The notes beneath the pieces were generated by a model, which did not search any database, was not told the origin of the DNA, and saw only the letters and a program-made list of their open reading frames with translations. This document shows positions 10,791-22,754 of a stretch of DNA of 64,000 nucleotides, in pieces. This stretch comes from Narcine bancroftii. Taxonomy: Eukaryota. Numbering within the stretch: the first letter of the stretch is position 1; the number at the start of each line of letters is the position of its first letter. The stretch covers positions 868,001 through 932,000 of the forward strand of contig NC_091471.1 of assembly GCF_036971445.1 (NCBI RefSeq), written 5' to 3'. A program made the translations under genes and the position numbers.

Positions 10791-13010
10791 ATAGTGGAAT
10801 GTGTGAATAGAACATAAAAAAATTAAACTGTCAAAATTGACTAAAGAAACAGAGCTAAAATTGACTAAAAGTGCTACCACTAACATTATTTAAAATGCGA
10901 ATGTCACTGCAGGTTATGCCGGGGCTCTCTGCTGTTGAGATAGTCCATGGACAGCCAATTTGGACATCTTGGGGAGCAAAGCCCCACACGGCCAGTGGGG
11001 ATGAAATTATTATCATCATTAGGCCATCCCATGAAAAATATTGGCGTCATCTGACTAGAAGTGGTACATTCATAGGTACATCAAGTCCACCTAAAGGAGG
11101 GTGATCCACAGAATGTGGTAAATATCCCAACGTCGAATCTGAAAATTACATGCTTGTGAGGAAATGGGATCAGAGGAAATTGAGGAATGGCCATTCCAGG
11201 TGCTGTTAAACAACACTGACTGCAGTAAAGCTTGAAGGACACCCTCACTGGATACACCAGACTGAAGGAAACAGGCCCATCTAAAACTGAAAGAATTTTT
11301 ATTCTAACATAAGAACTTTATTGTTAGGACTTTTTGTCGCCTTGAAACGTGAGCTGAATATTGGAATCGTGACTGAAAAGAGGAATTTTGGCTGACAGGT
11401 GAATGGATTCTTAAGACTAAACAGATCACAGTCAAGTCAAAGTAAGGACACAAACTCGTGGAGGGCCGCAGAGTAACAGGGGCATCTTTTGGGATATATA
11501 ACCATCCCAAAGATGGATGTAAAGCTTCACTGTAGACAATGTTTTTGACATAGGACATATCCACGGCTGAGTACCAATTTGACGTCAGCCTGTTAATTGG
11601 GATATGTGGTCCCCCTATGGCTCATGTACAGAAGCTACACTGATGCCCTGATTGGCCAGAGGTAAGCAGGTTCAGAATGAAGAGAGGTATTTCTCGAGGC
11701 TCTTTCAGGTGGCCAAAATATCCCGATGAAAAGCCGCATATTCTACCCCTATGCGGCTGTCGGGGTACCCACCTGAAAGACCCTGACGTGCCTCCGAGGC
11801 GTAGTCGCCAACCCTCCTCCGAGACGGATAATCTGCAGATCAACGAAGTCCCCCAACGCACTTGAATACAGCCGCCTGAAAGCAGCTGCTAAGGGGCAGG
11901 TTGATGGCACAATCAGCCGATGACCCAACTCCCTGCTGCCTGACAGCCACCCTCCCCACCCCAGTAAGGCAGGGGCTGTCAGGCAGAGGGGAGGGGGCTG
12001 TCGGGCAGCGGAGTGGGGTATGTCAGGGGCAGCCGGTGCGGGCTGCTCAAAATGTGGCATCGAAATGGTGCTCTTCCCTCCCCATACAACTGGAACTGTG
12101 TGGGAAACACAGAGTGGTTCCCCTTGCATGGGGGATTATGGGTAGGGAAGACGGTCATTTGTATGCCGCCTATTTATGATGGGGAGCACCAGACACCTGC
12201 CTCCTTCAGATGTGGGGGCGCTACGTGGTTCCTCTGGAAAAATAGGCCCTGAAAGGGGAGTCCAGGCTGGGATCCACTCCCGCAGCCAACCTCAAGACAG
12301 AGGATGCACCTGAAAGTGGCTTCGGATGGAGCAGGTCTTTATGATTCTGTTCCCCTGGAACGGTGCAAGAAAGGCATCCTAAGAGCTGATTGACCGACTC
12401 AGCATTGGGGGGGCGATTGGCTAATGAAATGGTTAAAGGACTCCTAAGTGGCTGGGAAGGTAGTTTCTCAGCTGTCAGCAGAGATGGTTGCCGTCTGTAC
12501 TGTGACAATGGACCCTGATTTTATTCCGGTAGGTCATGGGGAGACCTGTAAGATTATAGGTCAAGACAACTGTATGTCAAGCTAGGACAATTATCACTGA
12601 ATGGGTGAACCTCATGCAAAAGGAGGGATACAGGGCTTACGTATAATTGGTGTGAAATGCCTGACTGCTGCACTTGTCCCTTTGCACAAAGCTTTGGCAC
12701 TGGGGGAAAAACTTTCTCTCCTGTTTTAACGCTGACCAAGTTTCCTTCACAGATCTTTTGGTTATTATAGCCATGATAAACGGGGGCGGGGGGTGGGGGT
12801 AAGATGTAGAATATTAGCTGTAGAATATCTTGTTATGGGAATTATGATGAAGAAACTATCACACAGACTTTCCAATAGACAGGAATCAATTCTCACCCCC
12901 TCTACTGAGCTATATCCTAACGCCTGCCTGATCTTTTGAACACTTGTTAGATGCGATCTAAAGGCTGCAATAAGCCTCCGGCACCACTCAGTCCCTGAAT
13001 GGCATTGTTT
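10790..13010 (+). mobile_element. Class I (gamma/epsilon-like) ERV remnant: integrase C-terminus, probable decayed env, PPT and LTR
   Basis: LPLTLFKMR...GLSAVEIVHGQP and a frameshifted PFQVLL...TAVKLEGHPHWIH are retroviral integrase C-terminal motifs. A G-rich tract at about 12782-12800 is followed by TGTAG...TTTCA. The env call is weak. Confidence 0.6.
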
Positions 13011-13019
13011 CAGAGCTGA

Positions 13020-13800
13020 AGTTTAGGCCACCATTGTCAAGTTCAAGAACCAAAGATTATGATGAAACTAGTCATTTACACGTGTAAATTGGAAACCAGA
13101 AATCAGGCAGCCAGAGGATGATGACCAATGTATACTGTGAGCAACCCTTCCAGACTTGCATTGAAATTTTTGTAGACCAGAAGGATATTCTTAATTATAA
13201 CTGGTACATGAGATTAAATGACCAACAACACAACCATTTCCCTGTCTTTAGGAAAAGGATATGCAAAATGAAAAACACAAGCTGCAAGAATACCTTCAAA
13301 GAAATTATATCCAATGTATATGCAGGAAAATGCCTTTAATACTGTGCCCTGTGTTCTATGAATGAGGTTCAAACAGTACTAGTGAGGTGCCTCTGTCTAC
13401 CCACCAGTTACCGCATTGCCGCTGGCGTGACTCAATAAAGACTGCATTTTGGACTTTGTAGTTTATTACTGTACCTTTTTGTACCCTGACTCCACTGGTG
13501 TACTTTTTTGTACCCTGACAGGAGCTTGACTTTAACAGGGAAATCCCATGGGGCCGTGGGTAACAGGCACGTGGCAGGAAGGATCCGCAGTGGCCCACAG
13601 CATTGTATCCACCCTGCGGTGTTGAGGGCCTGTCGAATTGGCCTCGGTCTTCACTCTGAAGCTTTTCCCTGCTCTGCCTTCCTACCTGCTGGCTATTGGG
13701 CAGACGCAGAGGAGGTTCATGGAGGGCAGGGGGAAGCTGGTAGTTCTGTACTTTTTTATATATATTTTTGTAAATGTGTGTGTGTCCTGTCTGGAGAAAT
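13020..13800 (+). mobile_element. Possible Tx1/L1-like LINE 3' fragment
   Basis: Short SIKTAFW-like motif and a T-rich end; heavily decayed. Confidence 0.3.
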
Positions 13801-14099
13801 GCCATTTCTTCTGGTTGTATATGTACAGACAAATGAGGAGGGAGATGGGTGGAGGGGAGGGTAGAGGAGAGTGGGAGGGGGATGGGAGGAGTGAGGGGGA
13901 GGGGGTAGAGGGGAAAGGGAGGCCAGAACAGGGGTGGGAGGGGAAGGCCAGAATAGAGGGAGAGGTCAGGTGGGTGACTTGGCATGGGCCTTTGATTTTG
14001 AGGGGCACTACTTCCCCCTGGTTGACCTTTGTCTTGTTAAAGAATATTAAATATTGTAGAGTCAACGGGGGATCCTTTTGCACAAAATATTAATATTTT

Positions 14100-14890
14100 A
14101 AAGATTAATAGATAAAATATAGATAAATAAATGCAAGTAACTGAAGCCAACCTATGTTTGATTTATTCTATGGATTTTGTTGTGGTGGTCACACACACAA
14201 ATAAAAATATATCTTTTTCTACTCTTCTCATGATGGCCACAATGTTCACCATGCATGCACATCACGTGAGAACGAGTGATTACGTCTGCCTTGCTATCAA
14301 GTGCTAGCTGAATAGAGCCTGCCTTCACTCATCATTACTTCACGCTCATATACTTGTGTTTTGCAATTAGTTTATGAATAGATTTTTGCATTGAGCCCCC
14401 ACACACACTCAAGCACAAGATCTCCTTATTAAATTTCAGGAAACTTGGCTTTGACAGCAGATAAATGCCGTACTTTGAGTCATTAGGGCCTGTGAGTAGT
14501 TTTAATGCTTGTTGATGAAAGATGCATTATCATGTTTAAAAGGAATTGTTCATTATTAGCTTTGTTCTTTAGTGTTGACTTTTGTGTTTTATACAATCTT
14601 GTTTTTATATTTTGTGAACTGTTAATGCAAAATACTTTTTATGCAAAAAATATTTTATGTTAGGTTAAATATAACAGAGCTGCAAAGTTTGTGAAAATCT
14701 TCTAGGTCAGTAATTTTGCCTTATTCTTGCAATTTAAAGTAAATTTAGCAGTTTCAAGCTATGTGCTTTCATTTTTTTCTACAAAACATCTGTTTTTGAA
14801 AATAAAAGTTGGCAATTTTTTTTGGTGGGGGGGTGGGAATGCAAGTAGTTGGCCTTGACTAGGGTGCAAAATAGCCTGGCACCAGCCCTG
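14100..14890. mobile_element. Possible hAT-type DNA transposon remnant
   Basis: AT-rich body ending in CCTGGCACCAGCCCTG, which resembles a CAGGGC-type terminal inverted repeat. The partner TIR was not found. Confidence 0.35.
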
Positions 14891-15245
14891 GCCCGCATAT
14901 GATCCACCTCCCTCCATATTCATGGGTCTGCCTAGACCAACTACACCTGGTAGCCTGTTCTCAGTGCTCACTACCCACTGGGTAAAATATTTGTCCCGAA
15001 CATCTCCCTTAACCTTCCCACTTCCCCCTTCACCTTAAACACCCACCTATTATTAACACATGATGCTTTTACCGAAAGGAGAAAAAGCTCAATGTCCATC
15101 CTGAACACTCTCTCTCCCCATGTGAACCCACTGCTGTCAACACAGATCAGAGAGCTGAGAGAACACCTTGCCCACATGGGCAGCAGGTGAACAAAGTCTT
15201 CCTTGTCTAAATTTTACAATGGTCTCGTCAAGAGGACTGTGCAAA

Positions 15246-16925
15246 TCACTTGCCGCCAGAGACCAGCCTCTCCTTGGCGTGAACCCGCTGGTGTGAACTC
15301 AGGCCGGAGGGCTGAGAGAACCCCTTCCCACACAGGGAGCAGGTGAACGGTTTCTCCCCAGTGTGAACCCGCTGATGTGTCTGCAGGCTGGAGGGCTGAG
15401 AGAACCCCTTCCCACACAGGGAGCAGATGAATGGTTTCTCCCCAGTGTGAACCCGCTGGTGTGTCTGAAGGTCAGAGGGCCGAGAGAACCCCTTCTTGCA
15501 CAGAGAGCAGGTGAACTGTTTCTCCCCGGTATGAACCCACTGGTGTGCCTGCAGGCCAGAGGGCCGTGAGAATCCCTTCCCACAAAGAGAGCAGGTGAAC
15601 AGTTTCTTCCTGGTGTGAACTCTCTGGTGCCTCAGTAAGTTAGAGGATCTAGTGAATCCAATCCCACACAGGGAGCAGATGAATGGTTTCTCCCCCGTGT
15701 GACTCCGCTGGTGTACTTTCAGATCAGAGGACTGAGTGAACCCCTTCCCGCACTGTGAGCAGGTGAACGGTTTCTCCCCAGTGTGAACCCGCTGGTGTGC
15801 CTGCAGGTTGCAGGGCCGAGAAAACCCCTTCCCACAGAGGGAGCAGATGAATGGTTTCTCCCCAGTGTGAATCCGCTGGTGTACCCGAAGGCCAGAGGAA
15901 TCAGAGAACCCCCTCCCACACAGGGAGCAGTCAAATGGTTTCTCCCTGGTGTGAACCCGCTGATGTGCTTGCAGGCCAGAGGGCCGAGAGAACCCCTTCC
16001 CACATAAGGAGCAGGTGAATGGTTTCTCCCCAGAGTGAACCCGCTGGTGTACTTGCAGGCTGGAGGACTGAGAGAAGCCCTTCCCACACAGGGAGCAGGT
16101 GAATGGTCTCTCCCCAGTGTGAACTCGCTGGTGAGCCCGAAGGCCAGAGGGATCAGAGAAACCCCTCCCGCACAGGGAGCAGGTGAACGGTTTCTCCCCG
16201 GTGTGAATTCTCTGGTGGACCCGCAGGCTGGAGGATCGAGAGAACCCCTTCCCACACACACAGCATTTAAAGCCTCTCTCCCCAGAGTGAATATTCTGGT
16301 GCTGCAGGAGGCTGGAGGACTGGGTGGACGGACTCTCCCCAGGGGGAACACAGCCCTTCCCACAGATGCGGTAGGTGAACGGACTCTCCCCAGGAGGAAC
16401 ACAGGCCTTCCCACAGACGCAGCAGGTGAACGAACTCTCCCCAGGGGGAACACACCCCTTCCCACAAACGTGGTAGGTGAACGGACTCTCCCCAGGAGGA
16501 ACACAACCTTTCCCACACACGCGACAGGTAAACGGACTCTCCCCAGGGGGAACACACCCCTTCCCACACACGTGGCAGATGAACGGACCCTCCCCAGGGG
16601 GAACACACCCCTTCCCACATACGCGGCAGGTGAACGAACTCTCCCCAGTGGGAACACACCCGTACCCCTCCAAGTCCTTGGAGGTTTGAAAGCTCTTCCC
16701 ACAGTTGGAGCAGGGGGATGGGCTCCCCCTAGTGGGGACACACTGTTGTTGCAGCAGTGCGTCAGAGCTGGCAAATCCCTCCCCACACTCAGAACAGGGG
16801 AATGGTGGGTCCCCAGGGTGAGCACAGGGATGTGATTCCAGCAAGTCCACAGGAAGCCCCTCCTCACCACACGCTTCACTTTGGAGTGTTTTATCTTCAG
16901 TATCATTGGTCACCTGACCCTCCAT
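15246..16925 (-). CDS. Tandem C2H2 zinc-finger protein ZNF-B (12 canonical fingers, C2HC-type N-terminus, about 6.5 x 17-aa Cys-rich repeat)
   Basis: Uninterrupted ORF from ATG 16925 with TGEKPF-linked fingers. The N-terminus is paralogous to ZNF-A and ZNF-C. Confidence 0.92.
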   Translation of the reverse strand: MEGQVTNDTEDKTLQSEACGEEGLPVDLLESHPCAHPGDPPFPCSECGEGFASSDALLQQQCVPTRGSPSPCSNCGKSFQTSKDLEGYGCVPTGESSFTCRVCGKGCVPPGEGPFICHVCGKGCVPPGESPFTCRVCGKGCVPPGESPFTYHVCGKGCVPPGESSFTCCVCGKACVPPGESPFTYRICGKGCVPPGESPSTQSSSLLQHQNIHSGERGFKCCVCGKGFSRSSSLRVHQRIHTGEKPFTCSLCGRGFSDPSGLRAHQRVHTGERPFTCSLCGKGFSQSSSLQVHQRVHSGEKPFTCSLCGKGFSRPSGLQAHQRVHTREKPFDCSLCGRGFSDSSGLRVHQRIHTGEKPFICSLCGKGFSRPCNLQAHQRVHTGEKPFTCSQCGKGFTQSSDLKVHQRSHTGEKPFICSLCGIGFTRSSNLLRHQRVHTRKKLFTCSLCGKGFSRPSGLQAHQWVHTGEKQFTCSLCKKGFSRPSDLQTHQRVHTGEKPFICSLCGKGFSQPSSLQTHQRVHTGEKPFTCSLCGKGFSQPSGLSSHQRVHAKERLVSGGK

Positions 16926-17116
16926 GTCAGCCAATCAGCTGAAGTCCAGTACACACACTTAACGGATGTAGGGATTCTCCGTGCGGTGATCTCTGGGATT
17001 CTAATCAACCGAGATATCTGGTTGATACTATCATCCCGAGGAATCCAGTCAGAGGGTCAGACCACAATGTGGCGTTGTCTGAAGCTTCCTGTCTGGAAAC
17101 GCGCCGCTTTCTTAAC

Positions 17117-17155
17117 CCTGTGGAGAGAAGATGGTGGAGTGAGAGGGAGCAAGGC
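17117..17155 (-). promoter_or_regulatory. Splice acceptor of the ZNF-B coding exon
   Basis: Minus strand reads CCCTCTCACTCCACCATCTTCTCTCCACAG|GG; the exon starts at 17117. Confidence 0.7.
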
Positions 17156-17319
17156 ATTCTCTACAGCCAATGTTCCAGGACAACACACCCTGAAGGCATG
17201 GCCAGAAGGATGAGAAACTGTGGAGTGCTTGAACCGTGAGGAGGATGAGACAAGTAGACACATGATGTCAGAGCCAAAACTCCCCCTCCCACAATCAATT
17301 CTCACCACCTTTCTCCTGT

Positions 17320-17510
17320 CCTACCATCTCTATTCAATTATTACCATTTGTCTGATGGTCTGTCCTCTCCCCCCTGCCTTTTCTTCCCTTCTCCCCAGCT
17401 TTTTAATCCAGGCACCTGTCTACTTTTTTACTCCTATTGGGAAGAAGGGCTCAAGCCTGAAACATTGGTTATATACCTTTACCACCTCTGGACGCTGAGA
17501 GACCTGCTGA
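17320..17510 (+). mobile_element. Penelope pLTR fragment with decayed hammerhead-like motif
   Basis: GAAGAAGGGCTCAAGCCTGAAACATTGGTTATAT...GACCTGCTGA. Confidence 0.6.
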
Positions 17511-17769
17511 CATCATGCATTTAGATGGAGACCCTGAGAAGTCCTCGGATGTTTAACCCACCCACCCACCAGCTGCCAGGACTCCAATTAGACCCCCCGT
17601 AAATGGGTTGGAGAATGAGCCAGGGAAACCCCATTTTTGCTGACACATTTCTCGTGGTCCAAGCTGAGTCACTGATTTCTCTTTTCTTTCAAACATTCCG
17701 CCAGGCCTTGCCGAGTTCACCAGAATACTCCGAGCAGGTTAAATGAAACAACATGATTGTGACTAGTTT

Positions 17770-18100
17770 AACCACCAGAGGAAAAGAAACCAGGAGACGT
17801 AACAGAGATTCTGAGAGGCAACGAGCACTTTTTCCCCAGGGTGGGAGTAGCCAAGATCAGAGGAAGACTGTACAAAGTGAAGGGAGGGAAGTTGAGGGGA
17901 AACATCAGGGGTACGTTTTTTACCCTGAGAGTGGTGGGGGCCTGGAATGTCTTGCCAGGGATTGTGGTGGAGGCTGGAACATTGGGGACATTTAAGAGAC
18001 TCTTAGACAGGCACATGGATGGAAAAAAACAAAGGGTTATGGGGCTGAGTTTCCTATCTTTACATAGGTCAGCACAACGCCGAGGTGTTGTAATGTTCTA
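17770..18100 (+). mobile_element. CR1 3' fragment
   Basis: FFTLRVVGAWNVLPGIVVEAGTLGTFKRLLDRHM. Confidence 0.8.
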
Positions 18101-18104
18101 TGAG

Positions 18105-20330
18105 GAGGAGGGAAAGAAAGAGAATGTTCCAGAACATTGGAGGAACTCAGCAGATCACGCAGCATCCATAGGAAGTAAAAGGTAAACAACGTTAGGGGCC
18201 TGAGCCCCCCCCCGGCTCACATATCAGGTAAACGCCTGAATAAAGAGGTGGGGGGAGGAACACAGGGTAAAACGTTAGAGGATCCACGTGGAGGGGGAGA
18301 AGCTGAGAAGGGATGGGGCGAGGACAGGACTGAGAAGGGGATGCTCTGACAGGAGATGGAGAGAAGGGGCTGGGGATGTAGGGAAGGAGATAGAAGAGGA
18401 GGGAAAGAGAGAGAATGTTCCAGAATGTGTTGAAAAAGATAAAGGTGGATAAATCTCCGGGACCGGACAAAATATTCCCAAGGACACTCAGGGAGGCTAG
18501 TGGACAGATAGTGGGACCATTAACAGAGATATTTAGGATGTCACTGGCCACGTGGGTAGTGCCAAAGGATTGGAGGGTGGCGCATGTGATTCCGCTGTTT
18601 AAGAAAGGGTCCAAATGTAAACCTGGAAATTATAGGCCCGTGAGTCTGACGTCTGTGGTGGGTAAGTTGATGGAAAGTGTTCTGAGGGATGGTATTTACA
18701 AATATTTGGAGGTACAGGGATTGCTAGGGAGTAATCAGCATGGTTTTGTCAGGGGTAGATCATGCTTGACAAACCTGATTGAGTTTTTCGAGGGGGTTAC
18801 AAAAAAGGTTGATGAAGGGAAAGCTGTGGATGCTGTCTATTTAGACTTTAGTAAAGCTTTTGACAAAGTTCCTCACAGGAGGTTAGGAAAAAAGGTGGAG
18901 GCATTAGGTATAAATGAGGAGGTAGTGAAATGGATTCAGCAATGGTTGGATCGAAGGTGTCAGAGAGTAGTGGTAGAAAATTGTTTGTCCAATTGGAGGC
19001 CGGTGACTAGTGGAGTTCCTCAGGGATCGGTCCTGGGTCCACTATTGTTTGTTATATATATTAACGATCTGGAAGCAGGGGTGGAGAATTGGATAAGCAA
19101 GTTTGCGGATGACACAAAGATTGGTGGTGTTGTGGACAGTGAGGAAGATTATCGTAGATTAAAAGGTGATTTAGGAAGGCTGGAGGTGTTGGCTGAGAAA
19201 TGGCTGGTGGAATTTAATACAGATAAGTGTGAGGTGTTACATTTTGGAAAGGCAAATCTAAATAGGTCATATGCATTAAATGGTCGGCTATTGAGATGTG
19301 CAGAGCAACAAAGGGATTTAGGAGTTGTGGTAAATAGTTCCCTCAAGGCTGATACTCAGGGAGATGGTGTGGTGAAGAAGGCATTTGGAATGTTGGCCTT
19401 CATAAATCGGAGTATTGAATTCAAGAGTAGGGAGGTTATGATGAAATTGTACAAGGCATTGGTGAGGCCAAATTTGGAGTACTGTGGACAGTTTTGGTCA
19501 CCAAATTATAGGAAAGATATAAACAAAATAGAGAGAGTGCAGAGAAGGTTCACGAGAATGTTGACAGGATTTCAAGGTTTGAGTTACAGGGAAAGGTTGT
19601 ACAGACTGGGGCTTTTTTCTCTCGAGCGTAGAAGATTGAGAGGGGACTTGATAGAGGTGTTTAAGATTTTAAAAGGGACAGACAGAGTCAACGTGGATAG
19701 GCTTTTTCAAATAAGAGTGGGGGAGATTCAAACTAGAGGGCATGGTTTAAGATTGAAGGGGGAAAATTATAAAGGGAACATGAGGGGAAATTTCTTTATG
19801 CAAAGGGTGGTAGGGATGTGGAATGAGCTTCCGACAGAGGTGGTCGAGGCGGGATCATTGGTTACATTTAAGGAAAGACTGGATAGTTACATGGATAGGA
19901 GAGGACTGGAGGGGTATGGACCGGGTGCTGGTCAGTGGGACAAGGAGGGTGGGGATTTGTTACGGAATGGACTAGTAGGGCCGAACTGGCCTGTTCTGTG
20001 CTGTAAGTGGTTATATGGTTATATGGTTAACGTTGGAGGAACTCAGCAGGTCACGCAGCATCCATAGGAAGTAAAAGGTAAACAACGTTAGGGCCCTGAG
20101 CCCCCCGTCACTTATCAGGTAAACCCCTGAATAAAGAGGTGGGGGGAGGAACACAGGATAGAACATTAGAGGATGTACGTGGAGGGGGAGAAGCTGAGAA
20201 GGGATGGGGCAAGGACAGGACTGAGAAGGGGATGCTCTGACAGGAGAGAGATAGCAGAGGGAAAGAGAGAATGTTCTGGAATGTTGGTTCCCTTTACTCC
20301 CTATGCAGTTTCTCCAGCACGTCTGTGCAT
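18105..20330 (-). repeat. Tandem pLTR-derived units of about 290 bp (18105-18425 and 20029-20330) split by a CR1 insertion
   Basis: GAGAATGTTCCAGAA-[C/A]..TTGGAGGAACTCAGCAG.TCACGCAGCATCCATAGGAAGTAAAAGG is repeated, and the CR1 sits at the unit junction. Confidence 0.75.
18426..20028 (+). mobile_element. Young 5'-truncated CR1 LINE with an open RT frame
   Basis: 550-aa ORF containing [31 protein letters not shown] and FADD, with an (ATGGTTAT)-type tail. Closely similar to the copy at 62.6-64 kb. Confidence 0.95.
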
Positions 20331-20619
20331 TTGCTGCAGGTTCCAGCGGCACCAGCCCGCATGCTGTTGGACGCTGCATCTGTCAATCTCCTCATAGGGT
20401 GGGGCTAACAGAAACAGGTGGAACTGATCGGCTGGTGGGCAGCATGGTCTGTGACCCCATTTCCTGTTGGGAAATTGTATATGCCTTTTAAAGTTGGGAA
20501 AATTCAGCAGGTCAAAGATAAAGATTCACAATCAAGTTCGGAACCTGGTCACCCTCTCAGCCCCCAATCACCACCACGTGTCCCATTCTCCCCATCATAC
20601 CCCCTCACACCTGCACAGC

Positions 20620-21640
20620 CGGAGGGGGAGATGCTGGAGGAACCCAGGAGGTCTGGCAGCGTGCACAGGAGGTAAAGATACATCACCAACATTTTGGACC
20701 TGACACTTTCCACAATGTGTGTCAAAAGTAGGCAGCCCCTGAATTAAAAGGCTGGGGAGAAGGGAAGAAATGGCAGGGGGAGGAGGCCAGAGCTACAGAC
20801 AAAAGTTGTTAAATAGATATGGATGGGAGGAGAGGAGAGAGGGGAGGGGGGCCTGCCTCTGTGAATGCAGAGCTGATACAAATGAGTACGAATAGGGTCA
20901 AGTGGGGCAGAGTTTGAGTAAAGGAGACATGGGATGGGTGGCTCATGGAAACTGGAGAGGTCAAAGTTAATGCCAACCAGTTGGCGGGTGCCTGGAATAA
21001 ATACAAATTTGCAGGTGATCTCAGTCTGGCAGTGCACGAGACATGAACCGACATGTCAGCAAGGGATAGGGCAGGGAATGAAATGGAGAGAGTGGCCACT
21101 GGGAGGTCAACGCAAGAGACAGAGCTCAGGTGCTCAAAAGAAGTGATCTCCCAGTCTGCACCCAACGGGAGCACAGAATGTAGTAGATCCACAAGTGAAA
21201 CGATGCTTCGGTTGTTAGGACTGTTTGGGGCCCCGAGTGGTGGTGAGGGAGGAGCTCTGCATGCAAGTGGAGTATCTCCCACAGTCACAGGTGTGGGTGT
21301 CAAGGGTGGGCGAGGGGTGGGAAGGGAGAAGTGGACAAGGGAGTCACGGAGGGAGCAGACCCTGTTGAAGGTGGAGATGGAAGGAGCAGGAAAGATGTGT
21401 CTGGTAATGGGATCACCTAGAAGGTGGCAGAAATGGTGGAGGATCATTTGTTGGATGTGACGGCTGGTGGGGTAGTAGGTGAGGACTGTGGGAATCTCGT
21501 CCTTCTTACACATGGGGGTAGAGGGGGCCAGGGTAGATGTGCGGGTAATGGAGGATATGCCGGTGAAGATCAATCGATGGGGAAGGCACATTGTTTGAAG
21601 AAGGAAGACATCTCTAAAGATCTGGTATAGAAGACCTAGC
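20620..21640 (-). mobile_element. Penelope-like element 3' part and pLTR
   Basis: VLTYYPTSRHIQQMILHHF..L..DPITRHIFP.P....F.R..SLRDSLVH, paralogous to 57670..58110. A pLTR lies at about 20620-20760. Confidence 0.75.
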
Positions 21641-21919
21641 ATTGGGAACAGACTTTAATGTGTTCTGTGGTGAGTGGCCATATCATGTGCCTGTTTCGGG
21701 AGCTCCGGAGGTTGTGCTGCTTAGATTGCGGGGCACTGTGGTGGAGGGCAAGTTTGGTTGGGGAGGTCCTCAGGTCTCCTGCCATTGCGGGGATTTTTTT
21801 CATCGTTCACTGTGTCTGTGGACCCTGGTAGCATTTGGGACGGCGGGGGTGGCAGACACATCCTCATGCAAAGTCATCTTCTTCCTCCTCCTGGCATTGG
21901 CATAGCTTTCGGGCTCCTG

Positions 21920-22220
21920 TGGATTGAGAACAGTGTGGCAGTTTCTTCACTCAAGCTACCAGACTTTTAATACCCAGAGTCTATTATATTGTAACTTGTC
22001 TCTGCTGTGCCTGTGGACTCATTTTTAAAATTAATTACTGTACTATTTGCAGTTTTATTCGCTTTATGTAGGTTGTAGTCTAAAGTAACAACAGTGCAGT
22101 CTTGTGTTGTCTTACACTGGATTTGTGTAGTCTCATGCTGTATGTCGCACCATGGTTTGGAGGGACGCTGTCTTTATTTTTTAACTGTGTACTGCATTTG
22201 CTATTTGGTTTTAAAATGAC
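21920..22220 (+). mobile_element. Rex/Babar-type LINE 3' tail fragment
   Basis: T-rich 3' UTR ending AATAAAGGCTACGAACTTGA. Confidence 0.35.
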
Positions 22221-22754
22221 AAATAAAGGCTACGAACTTGAGATGCAACGGAGACTGAGGAACTGAGAGAGAGAGGAATACAGGGGTCCACAGAACTCCA
22301 AATAACAGCATTACTGTGGGACAGGCACTGGTCGAGGCATTTTAAAGGACATTCAGGCAGCTACTTGCTGCTGCATCTGGAAATAAGGTCACACAGACGG
22401 TGCTTTGGAGGTCAAGAACAAGACCAAAATCTTCCAGTTGCAGCCATTTTTATTCACTGTCCATCAAGGTCCAAGTCAGACAGGGTCCATCCGTATTAGC
22501 CAGACCAGCAAGTACAAAGGGGAAGTGACCCAGGGGATCTGATGCAGTTTAGATGAAAAATCCGATGGAACAGATGCAGCAGGTCGACAAATGCACGGAG
22601 AGCTGGAGCTGCAAGGAACATCCCCATCGGAACAACAATCTGGACCCCAATCGTCGACCCCACCCCCAAACTGGAGGGTCAACACCTTATATTCCATCCC
22701 CACAGTCTCTTACCAGAATGCATGAACATTGACTTCCAATTTTAGTTTACAGAG

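Noticed and set aside
18415-20067. 550-aa RT ORF as a host gene or active element
   Set aside because: 5'-truncated CR1 lacking endonuclease and ORF1; the start codon comes from flanking repeat.
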